DNA from: Candidatus Micrarchaeota archaeon
GTDB lineage: Archaea > Micrarchaeota > Micrarchaeia > Micrarchaeales > CABMGC01
Length of the DNA stretch: 64,000 nt
Direction: 5' to 3'
Assembly: GCA_021792095.1 (NCBI GenBank)
Contig: JAJYVH010000001.1
Coordinates: 317,324 to 381,323, forward strand
Below the pieces are notes generated by a model. That model had not been told where the DNA came from, did no database searches, and saw only the letters and a list, made by a program, of their open reading frames with translations. A program made the translations under genes and the position numbers. Position 1 is the first letter of the stretch; each line of letters opens with the position of its first letter. This document shows positions 32,923-41,672 of this stretch, piece by piece.

Positions 32923-34466
32923 TTCCACCCGTACGTCTGTATCGCCTCTGCGAGCGCGGCCGCATCGCCGTTGGAGGCGTAGAGCTCCTCGAGGTACGAG
33001 GCGCGCTTGTCCAGCTCCTTCAACGCCAGCCTCGCGGAGATGCCGCTCTTCCTGGAGAACGCTTCGATGACCTTGGATTTCTGGAGCGCCGCCCTGTCGA
33101 GCTCGCCGTTCCTCACGACAGTGGAAACATCCACCGAATCTGATTCTGCTACGACGCTGCCCAGCTCCATGGTCTCGGCATTGCTCAGCCATCTGTACTC
33201 GTATACGGCCGACAGCAGCCTCCTTGACAGGTCGGCGTGCCTCATATACAACGCAATGTCCAGGGCGCCTATCGCCCCGGCCTGGACCGCCATGGGCTTT
33301 ATCATGAGCTTCTTCACTATGTCGGTGCCCTCCTCGTTGCTGTGCATTGTCGTCATGAAAGGCACGCCGAGGCTGGCGCCGGCGAACAGTTCCTGCGCCT
33401 CGGCGCCGCGCAGCTCGCCGACAACGATCCTGTCGGGTCGCATGCGGAGCGCGTTTATCACCTGTTCGCGCGTGGTGGTTACGGCGCCCATGTACCTGGA
33501 GCCGTAGAGCTCGACAGTGTTGTTTATGTCTATCTTGGCCTTGAGCTCGTTCACGTCCTCCTCTATTGTTATCAGCCGCTCGGATCTCGGTATGAACGAG
33601 AACAGGGCGCTCATCAGCGTCGTCTTCCCGCTCGCCGGAGAGCCTGCTACGAGCACGTTCATGCCCGCGTCCATGACCATCCACAGGTACGCAAGCGTAT
33701 CGAAGCTAGTGGTGCGCTTCCTGATCAGGTAGTCGAAGCACACAGTCTTCTGGTCGCCTATTCGTATCGATGCGGCGGCCCCGCTGAGCGCGTAGGGCCG
33801 CATCTGAGCGTGTACCCTCGCATCCTCCACCTGCGCGTCTATTATGGGGCTGTCATCGCTCAGCTCCTTGTCGGCCTCGTAGATCATCCTGTTTATGCAG
33901 TGCCTGAACTCGCGCTCTCCCCTGAAGCTCAGGTTCGTCTCGCACCTCCCGTAGTCCACATGGAAGACGCTTATGCTGGCGTCAGGCGCGTTTATCTCTA
34001 TCTCTTCGAGCTTCTGCTTGTCCTCCAGGAGCATGCTTATGGGCCCATAGCCTACGGTATCGTGGGCCACGATGTATGAAACGAGGTTCGAGCGCTCGGG
34101 AGCCATGCGCGCTGCCAGGAAGCCCTGCGCCGTCTCCTTCGCCCTGCCGAAGAGGCGCATGCCAATTTCCTCGGCGCCCTCCGCCAGGCTCTCCACGACC
34201 AGAGCCTTCGCCTCCTCCGCGTAATCTTCCTCCTGCCGTGTCAGGCGCGCCAGGTCCCCGGCCACCACGTAGAGCATCTTGCTGCCCCTCTTGCCTATCG
34301 CCCTGGGCACGATGCCGAAGGATCTGGAAACTGTCTCGTATTCCATGGCGAGGTCCATGGAGAAGCCGAGCTTCGCTCTGCGCTGTTCCTGGCGCGCAGC
34401 CGGGTCAAGGCGCGTGCCCGCGACTCTATTTACTATGCTACTTATTCTTTTACTTAAGTATAACAT
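32919..34466 (-). CDS. type II/IV secretion system ATPase (archaeal FlaI/PilB/TadA-like)
   Basis: 515 aa with Walker A VAGSPASGKTT, RPDRIVVGELRG, and a His-box region. Confidence 0.9.
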   Translation of the reverse strand: MLYLSKRISSIVNRVAGTRLDPAARQEQRRAKLGFSMDLAMEYETVSRSFGIVPRAIGKRGSKMLYVVAGDLARLTRQEEDYAEEAKALVVESLAEGAEEIGMRLFGRAKETAQGFLAARMAPERSNLVSYIVAHDTVGYGPISMLLEDKQKLEEIEINAPDASISVFHVDYGRCETNLSFRGEREFRHCINRMIYEADKELSDDSPIIDAQVEDARVHAQMRPYALSGAAASIRIGDQKTVCFDYLIRKRTTSFDTLAYLWMVMDAGMNVLVAGSPASGKTTLMSALFSFIPRSERLITIEEDVNELKAKIDINNTVELYGSRYMGAVTTTREQVINALRMRPDRIVVGELRGAEAQELFAGASLGVPFMTTMHSNEEGTDIVKKLMIKPMAVQAGAIGALDIALYMRHADLSRRLLSAVYEYRWLSNAETMELGSVVAESDSVDVSTVVRNGELDRAALQKSKVIEAFSRKSGISARLALKELDKRASYLEELYASNGDAAALAEAIQTYGWK

Positions 34467-34550
34467 ATTGTAGTTTGTGTACGCAATAGGTTATTATTAC
34501 TTTCTGAATGAACGCACATACAAAGGAGAGGCGCCTGCTTCCTGCTCACA

Positions 34551-34558
34551 TTTAAATA
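34551..34558 (+). promoter_or_regulatory. TATA box TTTAAATA
   Basis: Its centre lies 26-27 nt upstream of ATG 34581 (leaderless pattern). Confidence 0.5.
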
Positions 34559-34580
34559 GTTTGAGATAGGATTAAGTCTG

Positions 34581-34919
34581 ATGGCCAGGAGGGAAAAGGG
34601 AGAGGACAAAATCTGGATGATCAGGAAGCTCATGAGCAGGCCCAACTTCGCGGTGCTCAAGCTGCTCATGGAGAAGTCCCCGAGGACCACCAGGGAGCTC
34701 TACGCCATGCTGGGCAAGAGCTTCACAAGGAAGACGCTCATAATAACGCTCAGGAACCTCTCAATGAACCTGAACGTGCTCCAGCCGACGCACATAAGGA
34801 CGGAGCACGGCTATGACCTGGGCTACGGCATAAACCCGAGGCTCAAGGACGTTATAAAGATGGTAGAGAAGAGCGAGAGCATAGTGGAGAACATAGCCTC
34901 CAACCCCAAGAGCGGCTGA
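34581..34919 (+). CDS. winged-helix (ArsR/MarR-like) DNA-binding protein
   Basis: 112 aa. NFAVLKLLMEKSPRTTRELYAMLGKSFTRKTLIITLRNL shows an HTH pattern. It is divergent from the pilus operon. Confidence 0.55.
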   Translation: MARREKGEDKIWMIRKLMSRPNFAVLKLLMEKSPRTTRELYAMLGKSFTRKTLIITLRNLSMNLNVLQPTHIRTEHGYDLGYGINPRLKDVIKMVEKSESIVENIASNPKSG

Positions 34920-34961
34920 CCAGGCAGGCAGCGGCCGCTGCGCAGCGGCTAAGGTCGTTTG

Positions 34962-35675
34962 ATGATAATAAAGAAGGAGTACGTTCTAGCGGGCATAAAC
35001 CACAGCACTAAGGACGTTACTGTCTTCTCATTCAAGTCCGCCGACGGGACGAAGGTGGACTTCGTGCCAGGCATGTTCGCCATGCTGTTCTACAAGAACC
35101 AGGCCACGGGCGAGGAGATAGGCAGGGCGTTCTCGATAGCCAACGCGCCGCCCTCGGACAGCTTCGAGTTCATGATCGCGATGGTGCACGGCAGGCTAAC
35201 CTCCAAGCTCGAGGAGGCGAAAGTGGGCGACGTGTACAGGATATCCGCCCCCTACGGGGCGCTGAAGCTGGATCTCGGCACAGGTAGCAAGTTCCTGTTC
35301 CTCGCCGGAGGCACCGGGGTGGCGCCTTTCTTCTCCATGATAAGGTACATGCGGGCCAACAACGACAGGATCGATGTGAACATGCTCTACAGCGTAAGGT
35401 ACCCGTACGAGATAATAGAGAAGCAGGAGCTGGAGGAATTCGGGGCCGAGGGCTGCAAGGTCACAGTGACTGTCACGAGGCCCCAGCCTGGCGACGGCTG
35501 GAGCGGGCAGACGGGGCACATAGACGCGGAGATGATAAAGAGGTATGCGCCTGACTTCGCGGAGCGCGTGCCGTACATATGCGGCCCCCCGAAGTTCGTG
35601 CAGGCCATGAAGGATGCGCTGGTAAGCCTGGGCGTACAGGAGCGCGCCATAAAGGCGGAGATGTGGGGGGAGTAG
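34962..35675 (+). CDS. ferredoxin-NADP reductase-like FAD/NAD(P)-binding oxidoreductase
   Basis: RAFSIAN (RxYS-type FAD motif) and LFLAGGTGVAPFFSMI (NAD-binding motif). ATG 34962 lies within ORF 34959-35675. Confidence 0.75.
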   Translation: MIIKKEYVLAGINHSTKDVTVFSFKSADGTKVDFVPGMFAMLFYKNQATGEEIGRAFSIANAPPSDSFEFMIAMVHGRLTSKLEEAKVGDVYRISAPYGALKLDLGTGSKFLFLAGGTGVAPFFSMIRYMRANNDRIDVNMLYSVRYPYEIIEKQELEEFGAEGCKVTVTVTRPQPGDGWSGQTGHIDAEMIKRYAPDFAERVPYICGPPKFVQAMKDALVSLGVQERAIKAEMWGE

Positions 35676-35745
35676 CGCCGGCCCGCAAAACAGCAGCGTA
35701 TGCCAATCTTTTTAATATCAGCCAGCGTAAATGTAGAGTGATGGC

Positions 35746-36414
35746 GTGTCAACCCTGCTAGATGCCGCTGCGATTGTCGTTATAATAATAGTTGCCGCGA
35801 TAGTGCTCACCTTCAACATGCTCATAGGGAAGCGCAACCGCGTCCAGGACGCGTGGGCGCAGATAGACGTGCAGCTCAAGCGGCGCTACGACCTGATACC
35901 CAACCTCGTGGAGACGGTGAAGGGCTACATGAAGTACGAGCGGGACGTGCTCACGAAGGTGACGCAGCTTAGGGCATCCATAGTTTCGGGCTCTGTGCAG
36001 GACAAGGCCCAGGCGAACAACATGCTCAGCCAGGCGCTTAAGAGCCTGTTTGCTGTGGCAGAGAACTACCCCGACCTTAAGGCGTCGCAGACATACCAGA
36101 ACCTCCAGGCCGAGCTCGAGAACACAGAGAACAAGATATCGTTCGTGCGCACCTCGTACAACGACTACGTGCTTGACTACAACAACGCAATACAGCAGTT
36201 CCCAGGCAACCTGCTCGCCGGGCCGATGGGCATGAAGCGCCAGGACTTCTTCCAGGCGCCCGAGGAGGAGAAGGCAGCGATCAAAGTGGACCTGACCAGC
36301 GATTCGGCCACTGGCGCAACGCCGCAGGCTCCGGCCTCAGGCGGCAAGCCGGCTGGGTCCGGCAGCTCAGCCAAGCCCAAGCCGAAGGCGCCCAAGGGCG
36401 CAGGCAAGCAGTAG
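35746..36414 (+). CDS. lemA: LemA family protein
   Basis: N-terminal TM helix, then NRVQDAWAQIDVQLKRRYDLIPNLVETVKGY...NYPDLKASQ. The C-terminus is an A/G/K/P-rich tail. Confidence 0.85.
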   Translation: MSTLLDAAAIVVIIIVAAIVLTFNMLIGKRNRVQDAWAQIDVQLKRRYDLIPNLVETVKGYMKYERDVLTKVTQLRASIVSGSVQDKAQANNMLSQALKSLFAVAENYPDLKASQTYQNLQAELENTENKISFVRTSYNDYVLDYNNAIQQFPGNLLAGPMGMKRQDFFQAPEEEKAAIKVDLTSDSATGATPQAPASGGKPAGSGSSAKPKPKAPKGAGKQ

Positions 36415-36420
36415 ATTCCG

Positions 36421-37320
36421 ATGGCCAGTTTCTTCGATGAGATAGCGGCCAACAGGCTGAAGTCCTTCGTCCTCATGCTGGTCTTTGCCCTTTTCTTCAT
36501 CGCCATAGTCTACGCGGTGGTGCTCCTGCTCGGCGGCGGCCTGATAGCGTTCGCCGTAGGCGTGCTGTTGGTCCTTCTCTACGCCGCCTTCACCTACTTC
36601 AAGGGCGCGAGCGTGGTGCTCGCCGTCTCAAGGGCCAAGCCTGCCGACGAAAAGCAGTACGCCAACCTCTACGCCTCCGTCGAGGGCCTGTCTTCGGCGA
36701 TGCAGATCAGGATGCCCAAGGTTTATGTGATAGACGATCCCAACCCTAACGCGTTCGCTACGGGCAGGAGGAAGCAGCCGTCGATAGCGTTCACGAGCGG
36801 TCTCCTTGCGACAATGAACAGGGACGAACTCGACGGCGTAATAGCGCACGAGCTGTCGCACGTGTACGACAACGACATACTGCTCATGACGCTCGCCATA
36901 GCGTTCGCCGGAGCGATAGGACTGGTGGCCGCATACCTCCGCATGTCGCTCTTCTTCGGCTTCGGCTTCGGCAGGCGCGGAGGCGGCAGCTCCGGCATAC
37001 TGCTTCTTGTGGCCCTCGTCGTGGGCCTGCTCGCCCCGCTCTTCGCCCTGCTGATAAGGCTTGCCATATCCAGGAAGCGCGAGTACATGGCGGACGCGAA
37101 CGGCGCAAGGGTGACCAGGAACCCCGCGGGGCTGGCCTCGGCGCTGAAGAAGATACAGGCGTACGCGGCCAAGCCAGATTCAAAGCCAGTGGCGAGCGCC
37201 AGCGAGGTCACAGCTTCGCTCTACTTCGCCAACCCATTCAAGAAGGGCAGCCTCGCCAACCTCTTCTCCACGCACCCGCCTATAGAGGAGAGGATAAAAA
37301 GGTTGCAATCCATGTACTAG
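36421..37320 (+). CDS. htpX: zinc metalloprotease HtpX (M48)
   Basis: HELSHV zinc motif, 4 TM helices, and a C-terminal THPPIEERI. Confidence 0.9.
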   Translation: MASFFDEIAANRLKSFVLMLVFALFFIAIVYAVVLLLGGGLIAFAVGVLLVLLYAAFTYFKGASVVLAVSRAKPADEKQYANLYASVEGLSSAMQIRMPKVYVIDDPNPNAFATGRRKQPSIAFTSGLLATMNRDELDGVIAHELSHVYDNDILLMTLAIAFAGAIGLVAAYLRMSLFFGFGFGRRGGGSSGILLLVALVVGLLAPLFALLIRLAISRKREYMADANGARVTRNPAGLASALKKIQAYAAKPDSKPVASASEVTASLYFANPFKKGSLANLFSTHPPIEERIKRLQSMY

Positions 37321-37321
37321 C

Positions 37322-37720
37322 ATGGCAGGCGCGGAGTTTCACGCAAACCTACTGAGCAGCGAGTTCGTCAGCACAGATTTCCTTGCGAAATACAGGATAC
37401 TGGCCAAGCGAATCAACGGCGACTGGACGCACTATATAGTCTCGATACCCGAGGAGCAGCTGGAAGCCGCTGTAGAGGAGATCAAGTCAAACCTCATCCC
37501 GCTGATGTTCTACGCCCACGTGTACAACGAGGACGGCAGCAGGGTGATAGTAATATTTCCCAACAAGGTGTTCGAGCTGCCCTTCGACGACAGGATCGGA
37601 TGGGAGAATGTGAACTCCTACATGGAGGAGTGCCAGATACCGCGCAGCCAGCGGGACCCAAATCCAAAGAAGTTCAGCGACGAGGAGGCTTATTATTCTG
37701 ACAAGCCGCCTGTCGGCTAG
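37322..37720 (+). CDS. hypothetical protein
   Basis: 132-aa ORF with host-like composition. No motif recognised. Confidence 0.45.
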   Translation: MAGAEFHANLLSSEFVSTDFLAKYRILAKRINGDWTHYIVSIPEEQLEAAVEEIKSNLIPLMFYAHVYNEDGSRVIVIFPNKVFELPFDDRIGWENVNSYMEECQIPRSQRDPNPKKFSDEEAYYSDKPPVG

Positions 37721-37730
37721 GCGCGTTGCC

Positions 37731-37952
37731 ATGCAGCTCAGCGTGCGTGTCACGCCGAACGCCGCCCGTGCTGAGGTGACCGGGACCGGAGCCGGGGCGT
37801 ACAGGGTCAGGGTGGACGCCAGACCTGAGAGAGGCAGGGCGAACGAGCGGCTCATAGAGATACTCGCGGAGCATTTTTCCGTGCCCAGATCCTCGGTGCG
37901 CATCCTGCGCGGAGCGCGCGGCAGGGACAAGGTGGTGAGCATAAGCCCGTAG
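37731..37952 (+). CDS. DUF167/YggU-family protein
   Basis: 73 aa: VRVTPNAARAEV...RVRVDARPERGRANERLIEILAEHFSVPRSSVRILRGARGRDK. Confidence 0.75.
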   Translation: MQLSVRVTPNAARAEVTGTGAGAYRVRVDARPERGRANERLIEILAEHFSVPRSSVRILRGARGRDKVVSISP

Positions 37953-37977
37953 CCAGCCATGAGCATGTTGTATTAAT

Positions 37978-38946
37978 ATGATCGGTCCAATTTTACAGGA
38001 TGGTGGTAGCCTGGAGAAATCCATAGTCTCTTTCGCCGACATATCCCTCGGCGAGTTCTATCCTTTGATCGAAAGCGCAGCGAGGCTGAAGGCCGCAATA
38101 AAGTCTGGCAGGCAGCTGCACACGCTTGACGGCAAGATAGTGGGCCTGCTCTTCGAGAAGCCCTCGACAAGGACGAGCACCTCTTTCGAGGTGGCGACGA
38201 TAAGGCTGGGGGGCAAGCCTCTCTACTTCTCAGCCGGCGAGCTGCAGCTGAAGCGCGGTGAGCCCATAAAGGACACGGCCAGGATACTCGGCAGCTACCT
38301 GGACGCCATAGTGGCAAGGGTGTTCTCCAACGACACTGTCGAGCAGTTCGCCAAGGAGTCGGGAGTGCCCGTGATAAACGCGCTCAGCGACCTGGAGCAC
38401 CCGACGCAGATGATATCAGACATGCTGACTGTGTACGAGGCGAAGGGGAGGATCAAGGGCATAAACATGGCCTATATAGGCGACGGCAACAATGTCGCCA
38501 ACAGCCTGCTGCTGGCGTGCGCTACCGGGGGCGCGAACCTCACGATCGCGTGCCCAAAGGGCTACGAGCCCGGCCCTGCTTTCGTGTCCAAGGCGAGGAA
38601 GCTGGCCGACAAGACTGGCTCAAGGATAAGCGTCGTGCGCGACCCGCAGGGCGCCGCTTTCGGCGCCGACGTGCTGTACACTGACGTATGGGTGAGCATG
38701 GGCGAGGAGGACGAGGCCGAGAAGCGCATGGCTGCGTTCGAGGGCTACCAGATAAACTCGAAGCTCGTGCGCATGGCCAAGAAGGACGCGATAGTGATGC
38801 ACTGCCTGCCGGCGCACAGGGGCCTGGAGATAACAAACGAGGCGCTAGAAGGCAAGCAGTCTGTGGTTTGGCAGCAAGGGGAGAACAAGCTCTACGGCGC
38901 GGCGGCCGCGCTGGAGTTCGTGCTTGCAGCTAAGAAGCAGCAGTGA
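37978..38946 (+). CDS. argF: ornithine carbamoyltransferase
   Basis: FEKPSTRTSTSFE, SDLEHPTQ, DVWVSMG and HCLPAHRGLEIT. Confidence 0.85.
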   Translation: MIGPILQDGGSLEKSIVSFADISLGEFYPLIESAARLKAAIKSGRQLHTLDGKIVGLLFEKPSTRTSTSFEVATIRLGGKPLYFSAGELQLKRGEPIKDTARILGSYLDAIVARVFSNDTVEQFAKESGVPVINALSDLEHPTQMISDMLTVYEAKGRIKGINMAYIGDGNNVANSLLLACATGGANLTIACPKGYEPGPAFVSKARKLADKTGSRISVVRDPQGAAFGADVLYTDVWVSMGEEDEAEKRMAAFEGYQINSKLVRMAKKDAIVMHCLPAHRGLEITNEALEGKQSVVWQQGENKLYGAAAALEFVLAAKKQQ

Positions 38947-38950
38947 CCCG

Positions 38951-39919
38951 ATGAGACTGCTGCTCGCTCTGGGGGGTAATGCGATACTGAGAGAGGGGGA
39001 GCGCGGCACCTACGAGCAGCAGGAACGCAACATAGGGCGCACGGCAAGCAGGATAGCCGCCATAGTGGGCATGGGGCACGACGTGATACTGACACACGGC
39101 AACGGGCCGCAGGTGGGCGACATACTGCTGCGGAACGAGCTGGCCAGGAAGCGCCTGCCCGCGATGCCGCTGCATGTCTGCGGCGGCGAGAGCCAGGGCA
39201 TGCTCGGCTACATGCTGGCCCAATCGCTCGCGAACAGCCTGCGCAGGCGGGGCATCGGCAAGGAGGTGGCGTGCGTGCTTACGCAGACTGTAGTGGACAG
39301 GAGCGACCCGGGCTTCAGGAAGCAGTCGAAACCGATAGGGCCCTTCTACGGCGCCAGCGCAGCCAGACGACTGGCCAAAGAGTATGGCTGGCACATGGTC
39401 AGGGAGCAGGGAAAGTACAGGCGCGCGGTTGCTTCGCCTTCCCCCGTGGCTGTGGTGGAGCTGGACGCTATACGCGACCTGTCGTCGCTGGGCAGGGTTG
39501 TGGTGTGCGCGGGCGGCGGGGGAGTGCCCGTGGTGAAGCGGGGCAGGTCGCTGAGCGGCGTCGACGCGGTCGTGGACAAGGACCTCACGTCCTCGCTGCT
39601 GGCCGTGCAGCTGAAGGCCGACAGACTGGTCATACTTACTGATGTGAGCGGCGTGTTCCTCAACTACGGCAAGAGGGGGCAGCGCAGGCTTTCCACGCTA
39701 ACGGCATCGGAGTGCGAACGCTACCTGGCCGACAGGCAGTTCGGCGAAGGAACCATGAGGCCGAAGATCGAGGCGTCGCTGCAGTATGTGCGCGCCACGG
39801 GCAGGGATGCTGTCATCGCCCCGCTCGAGCAGGCGGAGGCCGCTGTGCTGGGCAAAGCTGGAACTAGGATAACAGCAAACGGGCGCCGGGCAGCCCCGCG
39901 TAAGGCCAGTGCAGCCTAG
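38951..39919 (+). CDS. arcC: carbamate kinase
   Basis: MRLLLALGGNA..., THGNGPQVG and CAGGGGVPV. The internal ATG of ORF 38924-39919 is used. Confidence 0.85.
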   Translation: MRLLLALGGNAILREGERGTYEQQERNIGRTASRIAAIVGMGHDVILTHGNGPQVGDILLRNELARKRLPAMPLHVCGGESQGMLGYMLAQSLANSLRRRGIGKEVACVLTQTVVDRSDPGFRKQSKPIGPFYGASAARRLAKEYGWHMVREQGKYRRAVASPSPVAVVELDAIRDLSSLGRVVVCAGGGGVPVVKRGRSLSGVDAVVDKDLTSSLLAVQLKADRLVILTDVSGVFLNYGKRGQRRLSTLTASECERYLADRQFGEGTMRPKIEASLQYVRATGRDAVIAPLEQAEAAVLGKAGTRITANGRRAAPRKASAA

Positions 39920-40056
39920 CCGCCGATCTTGAACATCTTCGTGCCGCAGACGGGGCAGACGCCGGTCGCAGCCTTCTTTCCGTTCTTCATAGTTACCTGC
40001 TTCGCGTCCTTCATCTCCCGCTTCTGCTTGCACTTAACACAATACGCTTCTACCAT
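39916..40056 (-). CDS. small zinc-ribbon protein (DUF5679-like)
   Basis: Not in the ORF track (46 aa). My translation: MVEAYCVKCKQKREMKDAKQVTMKNGKKAATGVCPVCGTKMFKIGG*. Confidence 0.65.
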   Translation of the reverse strand: MVEAYCVKCKQKREMKDAKQVTMKNGKKAATGVCPVCGTKMFKIGG

Positions 40057-40168
40057 GCAACCACAGACTAAAGGCGTAGAACAGCAATAAAAACCCCTCG
40101 CCTACGCTTAGGCCGGCCGCCACGCGCCGCTCGCAGGGGCTAATAAGCTTTTTTGCGGAAAGAAATCA

Positions 40169-40243
40169 GGGCCCGTAACTCAGTTTGGCCAGAGTAGCGG
40201 CCTTTTAAGCCGACAGTCGTGGGTTCAAATCCCACCGGGCCCG
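40169..40243 (+). tRNA. tRNA-Lys(TTT)
   Basis: Acceptor GGGCCCG/CGGGCCC, anticodon loop CTTTTAA, T arm GTGGG-TTCAAAT-CCCAC. Confidence 0.9.
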
Positions 40244-40269
40244 CCTGAACTATCGCTGCGCGCGCCGGT

Positions 40270-41550
40270 TCATGCGCCTGCGCCCTGCTTCTTGAGCATT
40301 CGCGCCTCGTACCTCGCGTAGTTCTTCACGTCGCGCTTCGTGTCTGCCTCTACGGCGCCCGGGTCCTTCCTTACCGTAGCTATCCCCATGTCCACGGCCG
40401 TCCTGGCCACGGCCCCTGCAACCTTCGCCGCCAGCGTCATCGCCGCCTTCCTGTCCGTGGGGTCCGGGACTATCATGTCAACGCCGGCCTTCCTGCCTAC
40501 GAATCTGGCTATGGCCTTGGCGGCCGCTATGCTCATCTCAGGCTCAGCGCGCGTTGGCCTGGTCTCGAGCAGCCCCCTTATCATACCTGGGAACGCGAGC
40601 AGGTTGTTGACCTGGTTCGGCCTGTCGCTCCTTCCTGTGGCCACTATGAACGCGCCAGCCGCCTTCGCCTCCTCGTAGTCTATCTCGGGCTCGGGGTTGG
40701 CGAGTGCGAACACGATAGGCTTCCCGGCCATGGATTTTACCATCTCCGCAGTGAATGCGCCCCTGGCCGACACGCCTATGAGCACGTCGGCGCCCCTTGC
40801 GAGTTCCTGCAGCGTGCCCTTTTCCATCCTTGGGTTGGTCTCCGCCGCTATCTCCTCCTTCGCGCCGTTCATGCGCTCCGCCCTTCCCTTATAGAGCGCC
40901 CCCGCCGTGTCCACGAGCACCATGTTCTCAGCGCCGGCGCGCGCAAGCAACCTCGCTATGCCTATGCCAGCGGCGCCTGCGCCGTTTATCACTATCTTGG
41001 CCTCCCCCATCGCCTTTCCGGCCAGCTTGAGCGCGTTGATGAGCCCCGCAAGCGTTACTATGGCGACGCCCTCGCTGTCGTCGTGGAATACCGGTATGCC
41101 CATACTGCTCCTGAGCCTCGCCACTATGTTCAGGCACTTCGGCGTCTCTATGTCCTCTATGTTCACAGCTCCGAACGTGGGCTCCATCGCCTCGACTATG
41201 CGCACTATCTCGTCCTCTCCGTGCGCTGAGAGGCAGACCGGTATGGCGTCGACGCCGGCGAACTTCTTGAGAAGCAGCGCCTTGCCTTCCATGACGGGCA
41301 TGCCGGCCTCCGGCCCGATATTGCCAAGCCCGAGGATGCGCGTACCGTCAGTTATTATCGCCGCAGTCCTTCCCCTGAGCGTGTACTCGAACGACTTTTC
41401 CTTGTCCTCCTTTATGGCCAGGCACGGATACGCCACTCCGGGCGTGTAGTATGTGGAAAGCTGCTCCTTCGTGGCCACAGGAACCAGTCCCGTTATCTGT
41501 ATCTTCCCGTTCTTCTCCCTGTGCGCCTCTATGGCTGTTTGTTTGTCCAT
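40270..41550 (-). CDS. NAD(P)-dependent malic enzyme
   Basis: YYTPGVAYPC, DGTRILGLGNIGPEAGMPVMEGKALL and INGAGAAGIGIA. ATG at 41548-41550; the ORF extends to a TTG at 41580. Confidence 0.9.
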   Translation of the reverse strand: MDKQTAIEAHREKNGKIQITGLVPVATKEQLSTYYTPGVAYPCLAIKEDKEKSFEYTLRGRTAAIITDGTRILGLGNIGPEAGMPVMEGKALLLKKFAGVDAIPVCLSAHGEDEIVRIVEAMEPTFGAVNIEDIETPKCLNIVARLRSSMGIPVFHDDSEGVAIVTLAGLINALKLAGKAMGEAKIVINGAGAAGIGIARLLARAGAENMVLVDTAGALYKGRAERMNGAKEEIAAETNPRMEKGTLQELARGADVLIGVSARGAFTAEMVKSMAGKPIVFALANPEPEIDYEEAKAAGAFIVATGRSDRPNQVNNLLAFPGMIRGLLETRPTRAEPEMSIAAAKAIARFVGRKAGVDMIVPDPTDRKAAMTLAAKVAGAVARTAVDMGIATVRKDPGAVEADTKRDVKNYARYEARMLKKQGAGA

Positions 41551-41672
41551 GAACTCACGTGCGGTTGTATTTGCGACCAAATATCTTATGCTTTACTGCG
41601 CAAGCGCCGTGTTTGCGCTGCGCCAGAGCAAAACAATATTATAGGAAACGTTGAAAATATGCCGGATACCTG

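Noticed and set aside
32923-33684. N-terminal 254 codons of ORF 32221-33684
   Set aside because: It is an R/G/H-rich shadow frame overlapping the secretion ATPase gene. The real gene starts at ATG 32920-32922, which overlaps the ATPase stop.
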